DNA of 64,000 nt, taken from contig NIVC01000376.1 in assembly GCA_002269645.1 (NCBI GenBank), positions 310,001-374,000 of the forward strand, given 5' to 3'. The notes under the pieces were generated by a model. It worked only from the letters and a program-made list of their open reading frames with translations. It did no database searches and had not been told where the DNA came from. This document shows, piece by piece, positions 23,601-34,425 of this stretch. The DNA comes from Macrostomum lignano. Its lineage: Eukaryota. Position 1 is the first letter of the stretch; the number at the start of each line of letters is the position of its first letter. The translations under genes and the position numbers were made by a program.

Positions 23601-25598
23601 GTACAAAAATAAAATAAATAATTAATCCCAAATCCTAAATGGGAAATCCCGAATCCTAAATAGGGAATTCAGAATCCGATATGGGGAATCCCGAATCCGA
23701 TATGGGGAATCCAGAATTCGATATGGGGAATCCCGAATCCGATATGCGGAATCCCGAATCCGACATGGGGAATCCCGAATCCGATATGGGGAATCCCGAA
23801 TCCGACATGGGGAATCCCGAATCCGATATGGGGAATCCCGAATCCGACATGGGGAATCCCGAATCCGATATGGGGAATCCCGAATCCGACATGGGGAATC
23901 CCGAATCCGATATGGGGAATCCCGAATCCGACATGGGGAATCCCGAATCCGATATGGGGAATCCAGAATCCGATATGTGAAATCCCGAATCCGATATGCG
24001 AAATCACGAATCCGATATGCGACATCCCGAATCCGATATGCGGAATCCCGAATCCGATACGGAGAATCGCGAATCCGATATGGGGAATCCTGAATCCGAA
24101 ATGGGGAATCCCGAATCCGAAATGGGGAATCCCGAATCCAAACGAGGGAATCCCGAATCCAAACCAGGGAATCAACATCCCAGGTTAAAGTATTATTTTT
24201 TGGAATCCCTGTTGCTTTCTTAGAAATGCCAATACCTCACCTTAACCCTCTCTTCTTTGCATCATTTTTCTGTTTTTTTAAATAATTCCTGTCCCAGTAT
24301 TCGCTGCTAACTTTTTCTATCAATGTGTTGGCGATGAAAAATTTGTTATAATCTCGGGCATTTGACACGACTTGGTGCATAAACAAATTTCAGATATTCA
24401 AAGGCTACCTGGATGACCATCTAAATTCGGACAATGCCTGGATTGAGGCGGTGGTCATCAATATTCACGAATCTGAGGGCTGGAAATTCTCTGACGCTAT
24501 GCTCAAGGTGAGCTTGGGGGGGCGCTACCGATCAAGCTATGATAATAGTTACTGGTGATTGGATGGCTTGCCATCCCACATCCAGGTGTAGGGTGTAATA
24601 AAATGGGTTGCCAGGCCTCACACCAGCAAGTCGACGGCCTTTTATGGAGTGCCATCCCCCACCAAAAGAAGTGTCATCCCACACTAATGGGTCATCCCAC
24701 ACTAATGGGTCATCCCACACTAGAAAGTGCCATCCCACACACCAAGAAGTGTCATCCCACACTAGAAAGTGTCATCCCACACACCAAGAAGTGTCATCCC
24801 ACACTAGAAAGTGCCATCCCACACTAGGAAGTGCCATCCCACACTACGAAGTGCCATCCCACACTAGGAAGTGCCATCCCACACTACGAAGTGCCATCCC
24901 ACACTAGGAAGTGCCATCACACACACCAAAAAGTGTCATCCTATACACCAAGAAGTGTCACCCCCACACCAAGAAGTGTCATCCCACACACCAAGAAGTG
25001 TCATCCCCCACACCAAGAAGTGCCATCCCACACACCGAGAATTGTCATCCCACACACCAAGAAGTGCCATCCCACACACCAGGAAGTGCCATCTCACACA
25101 CCAGGAAGTGCCATCTCACACACCAAGAAGTGCCATCCCACACACCAAGAAGTGTCATCCCCCACACCAAGAAGTGCCATCCCACACACCAAGAATTGTC
25201 ATCCCCCACACCAAGAAGTGCCATCCCACACACCAAGAATTGTCATCCCACACACCAAGAAGTGCCATCCCACACACCAAGAAGTGTCATCCACACACCA
25301 AGAAGTGTCATCCCACACACCAGGAAGTGCCATCTCACACACCAGGAAGTGCCATCCCACACACCAGGAAGTGTCATCCCACACACCAAGAAGTGTCATC
25401 CCACACACCAAGAAGTGTCATCCGACACACCAAGAAGTGCCATAAGTGTCAAAATACCCACCCAACAACCAGGTATTCGCGGAGGCGGACTGCGACGAGC
25501 AGGTGAAGTGGATGGAGGTGGCCTACAGCACGGCACTTCGGTCCAGCCACTGCGAACTCTTGAAAACCGTGGCAGGCAATCACAATGCCTATTTTTGA
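5676..25598 (+). CDS. TRPM2: TRPM2-like cation channel with C-terminal NUDT9-homology domain (multi-exon, 5' partial)
   Basis: GT-AG exons with consistent phases: 5676-5785, 6365-6963, (10590-10652), 12657-12750, 13998-14126, 16343-16859, 17374-17966, 18491-18766, 19185-19502, 19964-20049, 21810-22101, 23156-23305, 24394-24507, 25473-25598 (TGA). About 1155 aa from this point. Motifs: MHR4 RELLIWSLL..MAELFW, FYMAPVIRFVYNT (S1), EEIKQ (S2), WNKLD (S3), LGPKLIMIGKM (S4-S5), YFQMFGE pore, NLLIAMF (S6), TRP box WNYQRY, coiled coil, NUDT9-H PLNPMGRTGLKGKGLLPRWGPN and KGYLDDHLNSDNAWIE. The symbol denotes the TRPM2-like architecture; strict orthology is untested. Confidence 0.92.
6004..6339. mobile_element. 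Palindromic MITE/foldback element
   Basis: About 40-bp near-perfect TIRs GGGCCTGTCAACTYAAGCTCATAAAGTGGARCCCGAGTAATCT plus further internal inverted segments; no clear TSD. Confidence 0.75.
7088..7367. repeat. 22-bp minisatellite GGGCGATTCTCAGGATGGATTA
   Basis: Direct tandem copies. Confidence 0.9.
7936..10187. repeat. 15-bp satellite GTCAGAATAGACTGT, about 2.25 kb
   Basis: About 150 near-identical copies with a 763-bp higher-order duplication. Confidence 0.97.
10590..10652 (+). CDS. Probable 63-nt TRPM cassette exon (phase 2-2)
   Basis: Acceptor aaatttctcag|T, donor GATGA|gtgggt; encodes (N)QSDNQLGAQFDGASLQSSED(D) and fits between exons 6365-6963 and 12657-12750. Confidence 0.6.
   Translation, partial: SVRQPAGSAIRWRQPSELGG
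11319..11391 (+). tRNA. tRNA-Arg (anticodon CCT)
   Basis: 73 nt cloverleaf: acceptor GCCCGTG/CACGGGT, D-arm GCCT-AATGGATA-AGGC, anticodon arm TCTGC-CTCCTAA-GTAGA, T-arm GCGGG-TTCGAGT-CCCGT, discriminator A; T6 Pol III terminator about 14 nt downstream. Lies in a TRPM intron. Confidence 0.93.
11856..12322. mobile_element. Foldback-like element with subterminal tandem repeats
   Basis: Ends TTTCACAAACGC / GCGTTTGTGAAA are inverted; left-arm TTCACAACCGC units face right-arm GCGGTTGTGAAGTTTC tandem units. Confidence 0.55.
12915..13983. repeat. 21-bp minisatellite TTTTGAGGCTTGGAGCTTAGA
   Basis: About 50 copies filling the intron up to the 13998 acceptor. Confidence 0.95.
14780..15352. repeat. About 75-bp purine/G-rich minisatellite
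   Basis: Recurring GGGGGTGTGGAAAGGCGTGG..GGGGTGGGTGTCGAGA..GGGGTAGGAATTGAG. Confidence 0.9.
16005..16262. repeat. 30-bp minisatellite CTAGTTGCTATGGAAGTATCTAGGGAAATC
   Basis: About 8 copies. Confidence 0.9.
16890..17335. repeat. Degenerate AACCAATCAG-rich array
   Basis: Repeated ACCAATCAG motifs across the intron. Confidence 0.8.
17975..18465. repeat. Two adjacent minisatellites (GTGTCTGACAGGCGGGATTTCC, about 22 bp; GTATCTAACAGCTCAGTTGT, 20 bp)
   Basis: Together they fill the intron 17967-18490. Confidence 0.9.
18785..19140. repeat. 10-bp minisatellite TTTCCACATC
   Basis: Fills the intron 18767-19184. Confidence 0.9.
19505..19920. repeat. G-rich GGCGCCGATGGGGGT array
   Basis: Fills the intron 19503-19963. 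Confidence 0.9.
20170..21545. repeat. 22-23-bp minisatellite TTAATTATCGATAACACCAGCCC
   Basis: About 60 units, most containing ATCGAT. Confidence 0.92.
22509..22571. repeat. Interstitial telomeric tract (CCCTAA)n
   Basis: About 10 copies of TAACCC inside a TRPM intron. Confidence 0.9.
23625..24175. repeat. 21-bp minisatellite GGGGAATCCCGAATCCGATAT
   Basis: About 26 copies. Confidence 0.93.
24650..25445. repeat. About 22-bp minisatellite CACACCAAGAAGTGTCATCCCA
   Basis: Fills the last TRPM intron. Confidence 0.92.
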
Positions 25599-25919
25599 GG
25601 CCTCAAAATCCAGCTGTATGAGTAGTAATCCTATACGGATATCTGATATCTGATTTTATATCCTATTGTTAGTAGTATATATACTGATGCAGAGGTTATA
25701 TTTGCCTGAAAATATTCAACTTTGCACATCTACATGTGATTCCTGCCGTAAGCCTCGTATTACATGCAGACTTGGTTGTTGCTGCTGCTGTTGCTGCTGC
25801 GAGGGACACTTCGTGTTCTTGTATTCTGTTGCCATTAAGCAAGTGGATTTTAAATTTACATTGTCACTTCAGCTCTAATTGGTCATCTATAGCTAGACTC
25901 TCTAGTGCCACTTTCCTGT

Positions 25920-26311
25920 GCTTGACACGTCTTAGTGTCTGCCTTAGTGTCTGTCTTAGTGTCTGTCTTAGTGTCTGTCTTAGTGTCTGTCTTAGTGCCT
26001 GTCTTGGTGTCTACCTTAGTGTCTGTCTGTCTCTTTTAGTGTCTGTCTCTTTTAGTGTCTGTCTCAGTGTCTGTCTCAGTGTCTGCCCAGTGTCTGTCCT
26101 AGTGTCTGCCTTAGTGTCTGTCTCAGTGTCTGTCTTAGTGTCTGTCTTAGTGTCTGTCTTAGTGTCTGTCTTAGTGGCTGTCTTAGTGTCTGTCTTAGTG
26201 TCTGTCTAAGTGGCTGTCTTAGTGTCTGTCTTAGTGTCTGTCTAAGTGGCTGTCTTAGTGGCTGTCTTAGTGTCTGTCTCGGTGTGTGCCTTAGATAATG
26301 TCTTCCTCGTA

Positions 26312-26350
<39 letters not shown>

Positions 26351-26395
26351 GCCTCAGTGTCTGTCTGTCTGTCTGTCTGTCTTTCCGTCTGTCAA
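25920..26395. repeat. GTGTCTGTCTTA 12-mer and (CTGT)n microsatellite
   Basis: Direct tandem copies. Confidence 0.9.
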
Positions 26396-27119
26396 ATGAG
26401 CACACCAGGCCCGTCAGCGCGGTACACGGCGGTCACAGCAGCAACCCGAACTCCTGTACACTCACGTGCATGCCCAACAAAATTGTCTGTGACAAAACCT
26501 ACGAACTCTTCTTCCTTATTAAAAAAGCAACGCTGCTTTTCTTTTTATAAAAAATTGACTTGCTCCGAGGCTGTTCCACTGCAACTCGTCACAGCCATGA
26601 GCACCGGCCCATCGCTCATCTCTATGTGATTATTGCTTTATCGACATCGCCCCCCCGTCATCCACTTACTGCTGGTCATCAGTAGTGTAGCAGTAGTAAG
26701 TAGTATATATTATGCAAAATGGCGATTTTCACTGTTGCCATTTCTGAGAAATGCAAATTATTAATAAATATACTAAAATTTATATTTCTTATTTACTCAT
26801 TTCGCAGGCCAGTATTTTGCTTAATTATCTGTCATCAATATGAAACCCATTGCAATGACACTAATTGCCATTGATGTCACAAAAAAATAAATAAAATGCT
26901 TACTTTTATGATTGCAAATTTTTTCAAATCTAAATGTTTTTTGCTGAACTAGAAAACTTGTATTTTTTCCTTGATGAATACGAAGCGTATATTTATACCT
27001 TTTAATTTTCTGTCTGGCGTCTTGACTAATCTAAGGTGAGTAGTCTTGGCTAATTATCTGGTAGCTTCATCAGGAAAACTTTCAATAGATTAATCCAACT
27101 TGAGGATTAAAAGGTATTT

Positions 27120-27400
27120 GGAGGGTAAATTGAAGAATCACGGAGGGTAAATTGAAGAATCACGGAGGGTAAATTGAAGAATCACGGAGGGTAAATTGAA
27201 GAATCACGGAGGGTAAATTGAAGAATCACGGAGGGTAAACTGAAGAATCACGGAGGGTAAATTGAAGAATCACGGAGGGTAAATTGAAGAATCACGGAGG
27301 GTAAACTGAAGAATCATGGATGGTAAACTAAGAATCACGGAGGGTAAATTGAAGAATCATGGAAGGTAAACTGAAGAATCATGGAGGGTAAACTGAAGAA
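27120..27400. repeat. 22-bp minisatellite GGAGGGTAAATTGAAGAATCAC
   Basis: About 12 copies just 3' of the GPCR. Confidence 0.92.
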
Positions 27401-27522
27401 CGGAGCGACTGAGGGTAAGATTACAGCACAGGGGTTAGACAAAAGTTACAAGACAGCAACTCTGAGTCACTTATAAGTTTTCCTAGCAGGCCCAAGACCA
27501 TTGTTCACAAGTTCGCAAGCGG

Positions 27523-29025
27523 TCAGCAGATGGTCTCGCACACGTTGCTGTCAACCAGATCTTGGTGCACCAGAACGGAGACCATCCTGTTCAAGTCAGC
27601 ATCTTCGCCGACCCCGCCGCTGCCGCTCGGCTCTACAATGGTGTGTTTGCCGCGGCCGCAGATGGCGCTGTTGTTCCTGAAACGGACCATCTCGTCGGCG
27701 GTTCCGACCGCGCCAGCTTGAAGTTGTCGGCGAAGACGCCGCAGGCGCATTCGCTGCTGGCGACGCTGAATCGGGCCGCCGTAGGAGAGCGACGGACTGG
27801 CGCCGGCGGTCTCGTCAGCCGAGCCGCCGTCGTTGTTAGCTGCGACGGCGGCAGCAGCGTCGGCAGCGTTGGCTGCGGCGCTGATGCGGGCGGCAACTGC
27901 GGGACAAAAAGTTTTCAAGAAACAGCGTCGAAAAGCGCGATTAAAGCCGACGTAGAAAAAGAAGTTGAGCGCAGAGTTCAGGCTGAGCATCAAGTCGCTG
28001 ATCTCGCGGACGCCCCGGCGAAAATTGCTGGCCGTCTCGACGTAGCCCCAGCCAAGCAGGGACAGCAGGGCGTCGGGCAGGCTGAACACGATGGCGCAGA
28101 GGATCACCACGGCCAGCATGAGGGTCACGCGGTTGCGGGTGGCCAGCCGCTTGTTGGCCCGAGTGGCTCTGACGGCCATGGTGATTCGCACGTTCAGGCA
28201 GAACAAAATCAGTAGCGGCAGAGGCGACCGCACGAGGCTCTGGGCTTTGGCATAGATATTGGAATACGGAAAATTGGTCCATAGTTTGCTTGGCATCGGC
28301 CACGGTGTGCAGTTAGTGCTAGTAGAATTGCTTTCGGGCCATGTATAATTGTCACGCAGAGAGCGCGTGATTTTGCTGCTAAAAATAGCATCTTCTGTAG
28401 GGATCGATGAACTGACGTCACTGTTAGGTCGCGCGGAGCTATAAATAGCAACATCCGAAGTGACATCATGGCTAGTGATGTTTCTAAAAATAGCATCATC
28501 GGGTGCCGTTGCCGGCTGTTTGCAAACGGTCTCGTAGCGCAGCAAGTAGGGCCAGGTGATGATCAGCACCAGCAGGAAGGTGACCAGAGACGCTTTCCGG
28601 GCTTTGGCTACGGTGAGCGAGTAGCGACTCCAGCCCGGTTGAGTCACCATCAGGCAGCGCTCGACGGCCACGGCCACGGTGAGCCAGGCAGCGCAGCCTG
28701 AGGCGTACTGCGACAAGAAGAATGAGTAGGGATACAGCCAGGCAAATAGACGGTGGCCGGGCATCAGGCTGGCCGGGAAGTAGAGAAAATCGTTGCCAAG
28801 TTTGAGCAGGTCCGCCCCGGCTAGGCCGGTCAGGTAGGCGTTGGTGCTGCTGCAGCGGAGGGCCCGGCGGCTGAACACCGCGACGCACAGGACGCTGCCA
28901 ACGCAGCCGAGAATGGACACAAAGGGACAGAGCAGGACGCCGGTGACAAACTGGGCTCGCTGGAAGAATTCCTCGGCAGAGGCGTCAGAGGCGTCGGCCT
29001 CGGAATCACTCAGACTCTGGGACAT
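27523..29025 (-). CDS. Intronless rhodopsin-family (class A) peptide GPCR, FMRFamide/myosuppressin-receptor-like
   Basis: ORF 27523-29043, first ATG at 29025 (500 aa). Seven hydrophobic segments, TM2 LAGADLL, TM3 AVERC (DRY variant), TM6 FSLP, TM7 NSALNFFFY (NPxxY variant). Subfamily assignment is inference. Confidence 0.88.
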   Translation of the reverse strand: MSQSLSDSEADASDASAEEFFQRAQFVTGVLLCPFVSILGCVGSVLCVAVFSRRALRCSSTNAYLTGLAGADLLKLGNDFLYFPASLMPGHRLFAWLYPYSFFLSQYASGCAAWLTVAVAVERCLMVTQPGWSRYSLTVAKARKASLVTFLLVLIITWPYLLRYETVCKQPATAPDDAIFRNITSHDVTSDVAIYSSARPNSDVSSSIPTEDAIFSSKITRSLRDNYTWPESNSTSTNCTPWPMPSKLWTNFPYSNIYAKAQSLVRSPLPLLILFCLNVRITMAVRATRANKRLATRNRVTLMLAVVILCAIVFSLPDALLSLLGWGYVETASNFRRGVREISDLMLSLNSALNFFFYVGFNRAFRRCFLKTFCPAVAARISAAANAADAAAAVAANNDGGSADETAGASPSLSYGGPIQRRQQRMRLRRLRRQLQAGAVGTADEMVRFRNNSAICGRGKHTIVEPSGSGGVGEDADLNRMVSVLVHQDLVDSNVCETIC

Positions 29026-29309
29026 GCCGCAGTTTGGGGACAATCGAGATGAGCAAGGTGTAGCAAATTTGGCTTATTATTAGCACCTGAGGCGGGCTGC
29101 TCGAGGACTCAAAGCGGAACCTCATTCGACTGAGGAAGAATTAATTTCCTTACCCAATGGGAGCAATGCAGTTGAAAATCTTTCAAAAATGCATGAAGCC
29201 ATGCGTGAATTCATAACAGAAACTCGAAAGTGGCACTCAGACTTTCCTAGCGGTTTTTTATAGCTTTTCCATCGAGTATTCGGTTAGTGTTGCATGGACA
29301 TACCCTCAG

Positions 29310-29780
29310 GGTTCAGGAAAGCCGTAATTATCCCTCAGGGTCCTTCAGGAAGCCGTACTCATCCCTTCAGGGTCCTTCAGATAGCTGTACTTATCCCCTC
29401 ATCCCCTCAGGGTCCTTCATGTGACCGAACTTATCCCCTCAGGGTACCTCATGTGGCCGAACTTATCCCGTCAGGGTCCATCAGGAAGCCGTACTTATTC
29501 CCTAAGGGTCCTTCTGGAAAGCCGTAATTATCTCCTCAGGGTCCTACAGGAAAGCCGTAATTATCCCCTCAGGGTCCTGGAAAGCCGTAATTATCCCCTC
29601 AGGGTCTTACAGAAAAGCCATAATTATCCCCTCAGGTCCTTCATGTGGTCGAACTTATCCCCTCAGGGTCCTTCAGGAAAGCCGTAATTATCCCCTCAGG
29701 GTCCTTCATGTGGTCGAACTTATCCCCTCAGGGTTCTTCAGGAAAGCCGTAATTATCCACTCAGGGTCCTTCAGGTGGCC
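29310..29780. repeat. About 33-bp minisatellite CCGTAATTATCCCCTCAGGGTCCTTCAGGAAAG
   Basis: Direct tandem copies upstream of the GPCR. Confidence 0.88.
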
Positions 29781-30434
29781 GCTGAGCTGATTGAGGGCTA
29801 AGTCAATATTTTCGAAAATCACGCGACTCCTTCGAAGTTCGAATCCGGTTCTCGAGGCCTTTTGTAAATCTTTTGCCACACTGAGCTGTACAACTGAGGT
29901 CATCACAGTCGAGTTCGTGGCCGCTGACGGCGCAGAGGTTCGCTTCCCGTTTAAAATGGGAAACGCATCCTGTCACACTGATGGAAAATGTGAATTCTAA
30001 GGAAAAAACTGTTTCCTGTAAAAATTGAGGAAATCGAAACACTCTTGGACAGGGAAAATTTAATTAAAAAATTATAGCGAATTTGGCTTTAACGACGGAA
30101 CATTCGGCCCACGCGGACCAACCCAGGGCAGTTCGTTCGCAAAAAATGCTTGGCAAATGGCAAGATTATTGATAATTGACAAACTTCGGTGTCCACACCG
30201 GATAAGAGTGTGATTGAAATAGAAGCCAAGTTCATAATTTATGCTCCCGGAAAGTTGGAATAAAAACCCAATCCCTCAGTTGCACGCTTTGAAAATCGAC
30301 TATGTTTTTTTTGTACTGAAAAGAACTCTGGTTAAATCAGTTCCATTTGAATCTGTCAGTCCCGCTTCTTCCGCAGTAACAGCGTTTCTTTACTGATTTG
30401 CTTGTTTCGTTACAAACCTTTTATCTCAAGTTGC

Positions 30435-31010
30435 CGGCTGTCTGTCTGTCTTTCTGCCTTTGTGTCTGTCTGTCTGCTGTCTGTCTGTCTGTCCTTCTGC
30501 CTTTGTGTCTGTCTGTCTGCTGTCTGTCTGTCCTTCTGCCTTTGTGTCTGTCTGTCTGTCTGCTGTCTGTCTGTCTTAGTGTCTGTCTTAGTGTCTGTCT
30601 GTCTGTCTGTCTGTCTGTTTATCTGTCTGTGTCTGTCTGTCTGTCTATCTGTCTGTCTGTCTGTCCTTCTGCCTTTGTGTCTGTCTGTCTGTCTGTCTGC
30701 TGTCTGTCTGTCTTTCTGTCTGTCTGTCTGTCTGCTGTCTGTCTGTCTGTCTGTCTGCCCTTCTGCCTTTGTGTCTGTCTGTCTGCTGTCTGTCTCTCCT
30801 TCTGCCTTTGTGTCTGTCTGTCTGTCTGTCTGTCTGTCTGCTGTCTGTCTGTCTGTCTGTCTGTCTGCTGTCTGTCTGTCTGTCTGTCTGTCTGTCTTAG
30901 TGTCTGTCTGTCTGTCTGTCTGTCTGCTGTCTGTCTGTCTGTGTGTCTGTCTGTCTGTCTGTCTTTTTGCCTTTGTGTTTGGCTGTCTGTTTTAGTTTCT
31001 GTCTTTCTGT
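30435..31010. repeat. (CTGT)n microsatellite
   Basis: Interrupted tetranucleotide tract. Confidence 0.92.
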
Positions 31011-31478
31011 CATCTATCTATCTATCACCATTTGCACCATCTAGCATATATGGCTCAAATTTATTTTTCGAAGATATTTTAGGCAGCGCACACTTCCACA
31101 ATTTTAGCGACATGACAATTTATAATTTTAATGCTACAAATGAAAGCAAATTGAGACTGACAGTGTATTTATATTATAATGAAACGGCGAACAGCACCAA
31201 CAATTTAATTAATAATTATTACGAGACACAAGTACGAGTACACGCTAAACAGAACTGCAATTTACAAATATGAATTAGCAACATGTTACAGGAAATATTT
31301 GCAGAAGAAATTTCAAATCCAATGAAATGCTTACTTACAAGAAATTGCCGTTAAGAGAATTAGCTAAGGAGCCGTCAAGGGCCGCTCCAACGGCTCTGAA
31401 CAGCGAATGAAAAAAATTGTCAGCAAATTTTTGTCCAAACAAAAACAACAGCAACAAACACGCACAGGGAGCAACTTG

Positions 31479-33988
31479 TCAGAGGCGTCGTTTCTTAGAA
31501 ACCGGCTGACCGCCAGCTGCACCCGAGGCCGCCCTGCTGCCTGACGCTGAAGGCCCCGGTCCAGGCTGATCATCCGTGGTGACCGCCGAACTGCTGCTGT
31601 GGCTGGCGGTTCTGCGGCGTTGCAACTGCGACAGGTCGTCAGCTGTGGGGGCGACATCGCCAGCGGAGCCGTGAGACTGCGAATGCTGCAGCTGTACGAC
31701 ATGGTGATGTTGCTGCTGCAGCTGGTGAAGCTGCTGATGCTGCAGCTGCTCGCTGCGTCTGGCGTGGTGATGGCGCAACGCTTTGGCCAGATGCGACTGG
31801 CTGGCTGAGTCGCCCGCCTCGCTGCCGCCTTCGCCTGGTAGGTAGGTAGGTAGGAATGCAAGTAGGTAAGTAGGTAGGAAGGTAGGAAGGCAGGTAAGTA
31901 GGAAGGTAAGTAGGTAGGTAGGTAGGTAATTAGGTAGTAGATAGGTAAGTAAGTAGGTACGTAAGTAGACAGGTAGTTAGGTAGGTAGACAGGTAATTAG
32001 GTAGGTACGCAAGTAGATGGGTAGGTAGTTAGGTAGGAAGTAGACAGGTAAGTAGGCACGTTAGTAGATAGGTAGGCAGTTAGGTAGGGAACTCCAACAA
32101 ACCCAGTCCCAGGTCGCCGCCTCCGTCGCTGCCGCCGGCGCCGCCGCCACTGCCGACGCCTCCGCCAGCCGACAGGCCGCCATCGATCCGGCCGAGCATC
32201 TCGTCAACGCTGACGCAGGTGTCCGCCCAGATCTCCAGCGCCATGGAGTGCACAGGCTGATCGGCATTGTTGTACATCACCGCATTGAAAAATATCAAGT
32301 ACAGCCGGCTGAGGAACTGCCTGGTGCTGGACACCTCGCCGGCATCGACTTGGCGCTTCAACGTGGTCAGGTCCATCGGGCGGAGCACCACCTTGTTGTA
32401 GCCAGGCGCGATGTCGTCGGTGACTGGGTGAAGAAACACGGATCCGTGCTTGTGGCTCATGGCGGTGCGAAGGACGGAGAGAATCTGATAGGATTTAGGC
32501 GGATTAGTAGGCAATCATTATCCGACATCCAGCGCTGACGGCAACTCAGACCATACCTTTGACTCCTGAGCACATACTGGGGCCCTAATTACTCTAGAAT
32601 CCCCATAATCCACTCTAAAATCCCCATAATCCACTCTAAAATCCCCATAATCCACTCTAAAATCCCCATAATCCACTCTAAAATCCCCATAATCCACTCT
32701 AGAATCCCCCTAATCACCCTAAAATCGTCCTAATCCACTCTAGAACCCCCCAATCACTCCAGAATCCCCCTAATCACTCTAGACTACCCCTCATGACTCT
32801 AGAATCCCCTAATCACTTTAGAATCCCCCCAATCACTCTAGAATCTCCCTAATACACCCCAGAACCCCCCTAATCACTCTAGACTCCCCCTTATCACTCT
32901 AGAATCCCGCTAATCACTCCAGAATCCCCCTAATCCACTCTACAATCCCCTAATCACTTTAGAATCCTCTCATCCACTCTCTAGAACCCCCTAATCCGTA
33001 TGAAACTCCAACAGACCTGCTTTCGCCAGTGTTTGACAGCCTTAGCATCGCTGGGTTCCGGCGAGTCAACAAAGTCTTTGCCAACAGCAGCAGCAGGAAC
33101 AGCGGGAGGAGCCGCAGAAGGTGCAGCAGTACCGGAGGCTGCACTAACGGCTGGAGTTGTCGAAGCTTTCGTTTCAACCGCCTGCAACGCCGCCGCTCCA
33201 CCGGAGCTGTCAGCAATCGCAGCAGCAGCAGCGGCGGCAGCGGGCACCAGCGTCGACATCATCGACACCGACGAAGCGTTCAACGATGCCGACAGCGAAT
33301 CGGGCGCCGATTCGTCCATACCGATGTCGGATTTTCGACTCGACAGTTCGTGGAAACCGCTGCCGGCCAATGGCGAGATTGGCTGATCTTCTTCTTGCTG
33401 CTGCTGCTGCGGCGGCGGCGGCTCGACCGACTTCCTCGGCCGGCCCCGACGACCACCGCTTGCGGTTGATGTCGCCGACGGGGTGGCGGCCAGATCAGCC
33501 AGTTCGGCGTCGCTGACAACAAAAAGTCCGCCGCTGACGCGCCTCTGAACCGGGGCGGCGGCGGCGGCGGCTGCCTCGGACGCGGCGGCCAGTCTGTACC
33601 GCTCGGCCACTGAGTCGATGAGCTGTCGCAGCTGAACAACTCGCTCCCGGCTGAGTCGCTGCACCAATGACTTGGCGGCGGCGTCGTCATCGTCCTCGGT
33701 CACATGACTCAGCTCGTCAACGAGCTCGGCGTAGCGCTTGGCGCAGGCTCTGGCGCTGGGCTGGCCGCCCTGGCACTCAGCCAGCGGAGCCACCAGACGG
33801 GCCACGGAGGTCCAGGCTCGATCCCCGACCCGATCGACCGCGCTGGCCAAGGCGAGGTCTTCTCGGCGAGTCCAGCGCCGATCTTGGTCATTGTCGGTAT
33901 CGTTGTCTTGCTCGACAACTGTGTCGGGAGTTTTCAAAGACGGCGCAGAGGCGACTTCGGCGGCAGCGCTGATTGCTTCTGTTGCCAT
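31479..33988 (-). CDS. BRD8: Bromodomain-containing protein 8 (NuA4/TIP60 subunit), 3 exons, about 569 aa
   Basis: Exons 33988-33017, 32484-32103, 31834-31479 with consistent phases. N-terminal WTRREDLALASAVDRVGDRAWTSVARLV matches the BRD8 Myb/SANT-like region; bromodomain VFLHPVTDDIAPGY..VLRPMDLTT..FFNAVMYN is BRD8-type; C-terminal KKRRL NLS-like. Confidence 0.88.
31838..32090. repeat. (AGGT)n-like microsatellite in BRD8 intron 2
   Basis: Fills the intron. Confidence 0.88.
32585..33000. repeat. About 21-bp minisatellite TAATCCACTCTAGAATCCCC in BRD8 intron 1
   Basis: Direct tandem copies. Confidence 0.88.
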
Positions 33989-34065
33989 GGCAATGCTGTC
34001 GATAAACAATCGCATAATAATGTATGGAGCAGTTTTATTTCAGGTTGAAATGTATTAAAACAGAA

Positions 34066-34425
34066 TTTCTACCATGGCAACCGCTTTTAAAACCAACTAT
34101 AACAAATGGGTTGCTATGGCAACCGCTTTTAAAACCAACTATAACAAATGGGTTGCTATGGCAACCGCTTTTAAAACCGACTATAATAAATGGGTTGTTA
34201 TGGCAACCGCTCTTAAAACCAACTATAACAAATGGGTTGCAATGACAACCGCCTTTAAAACCAACTCTAACAAATGGGTTGCTATGGCAACCGCTTTTAA
34301 AACCAACTATAACAAATGGGTTGCAATGACAACCGCTTTTAATTTTAAAGCCAACTATAACAAATGGGTTGCCATGACAACCGCCTTTAAAACCAACTCT
34401 AATAAATGGGTTACTATGGTAACGG
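34066..34425. repeat. 42-bp minisatellite containing the palindrome GTTGCTATGGCAAC
   Basis: About 8.5 copies immediately upstream of the BRD8 start. Confidence 0.92.

Noticed and set aside
23656-25621. GNPESD and HPTHQEV repeat ORFs
   Set aside because: Minisatellite translations within TRPM introns.
27530-28888. Several plus-strand and alternative-frame ORFs
   Set aside because: Shadows of the GC-rich GPCR coding sequence.
29791-30042. Short ORFs of 69 and 79 aa
   Set aside because: No recognisable motif or supported splice structure.
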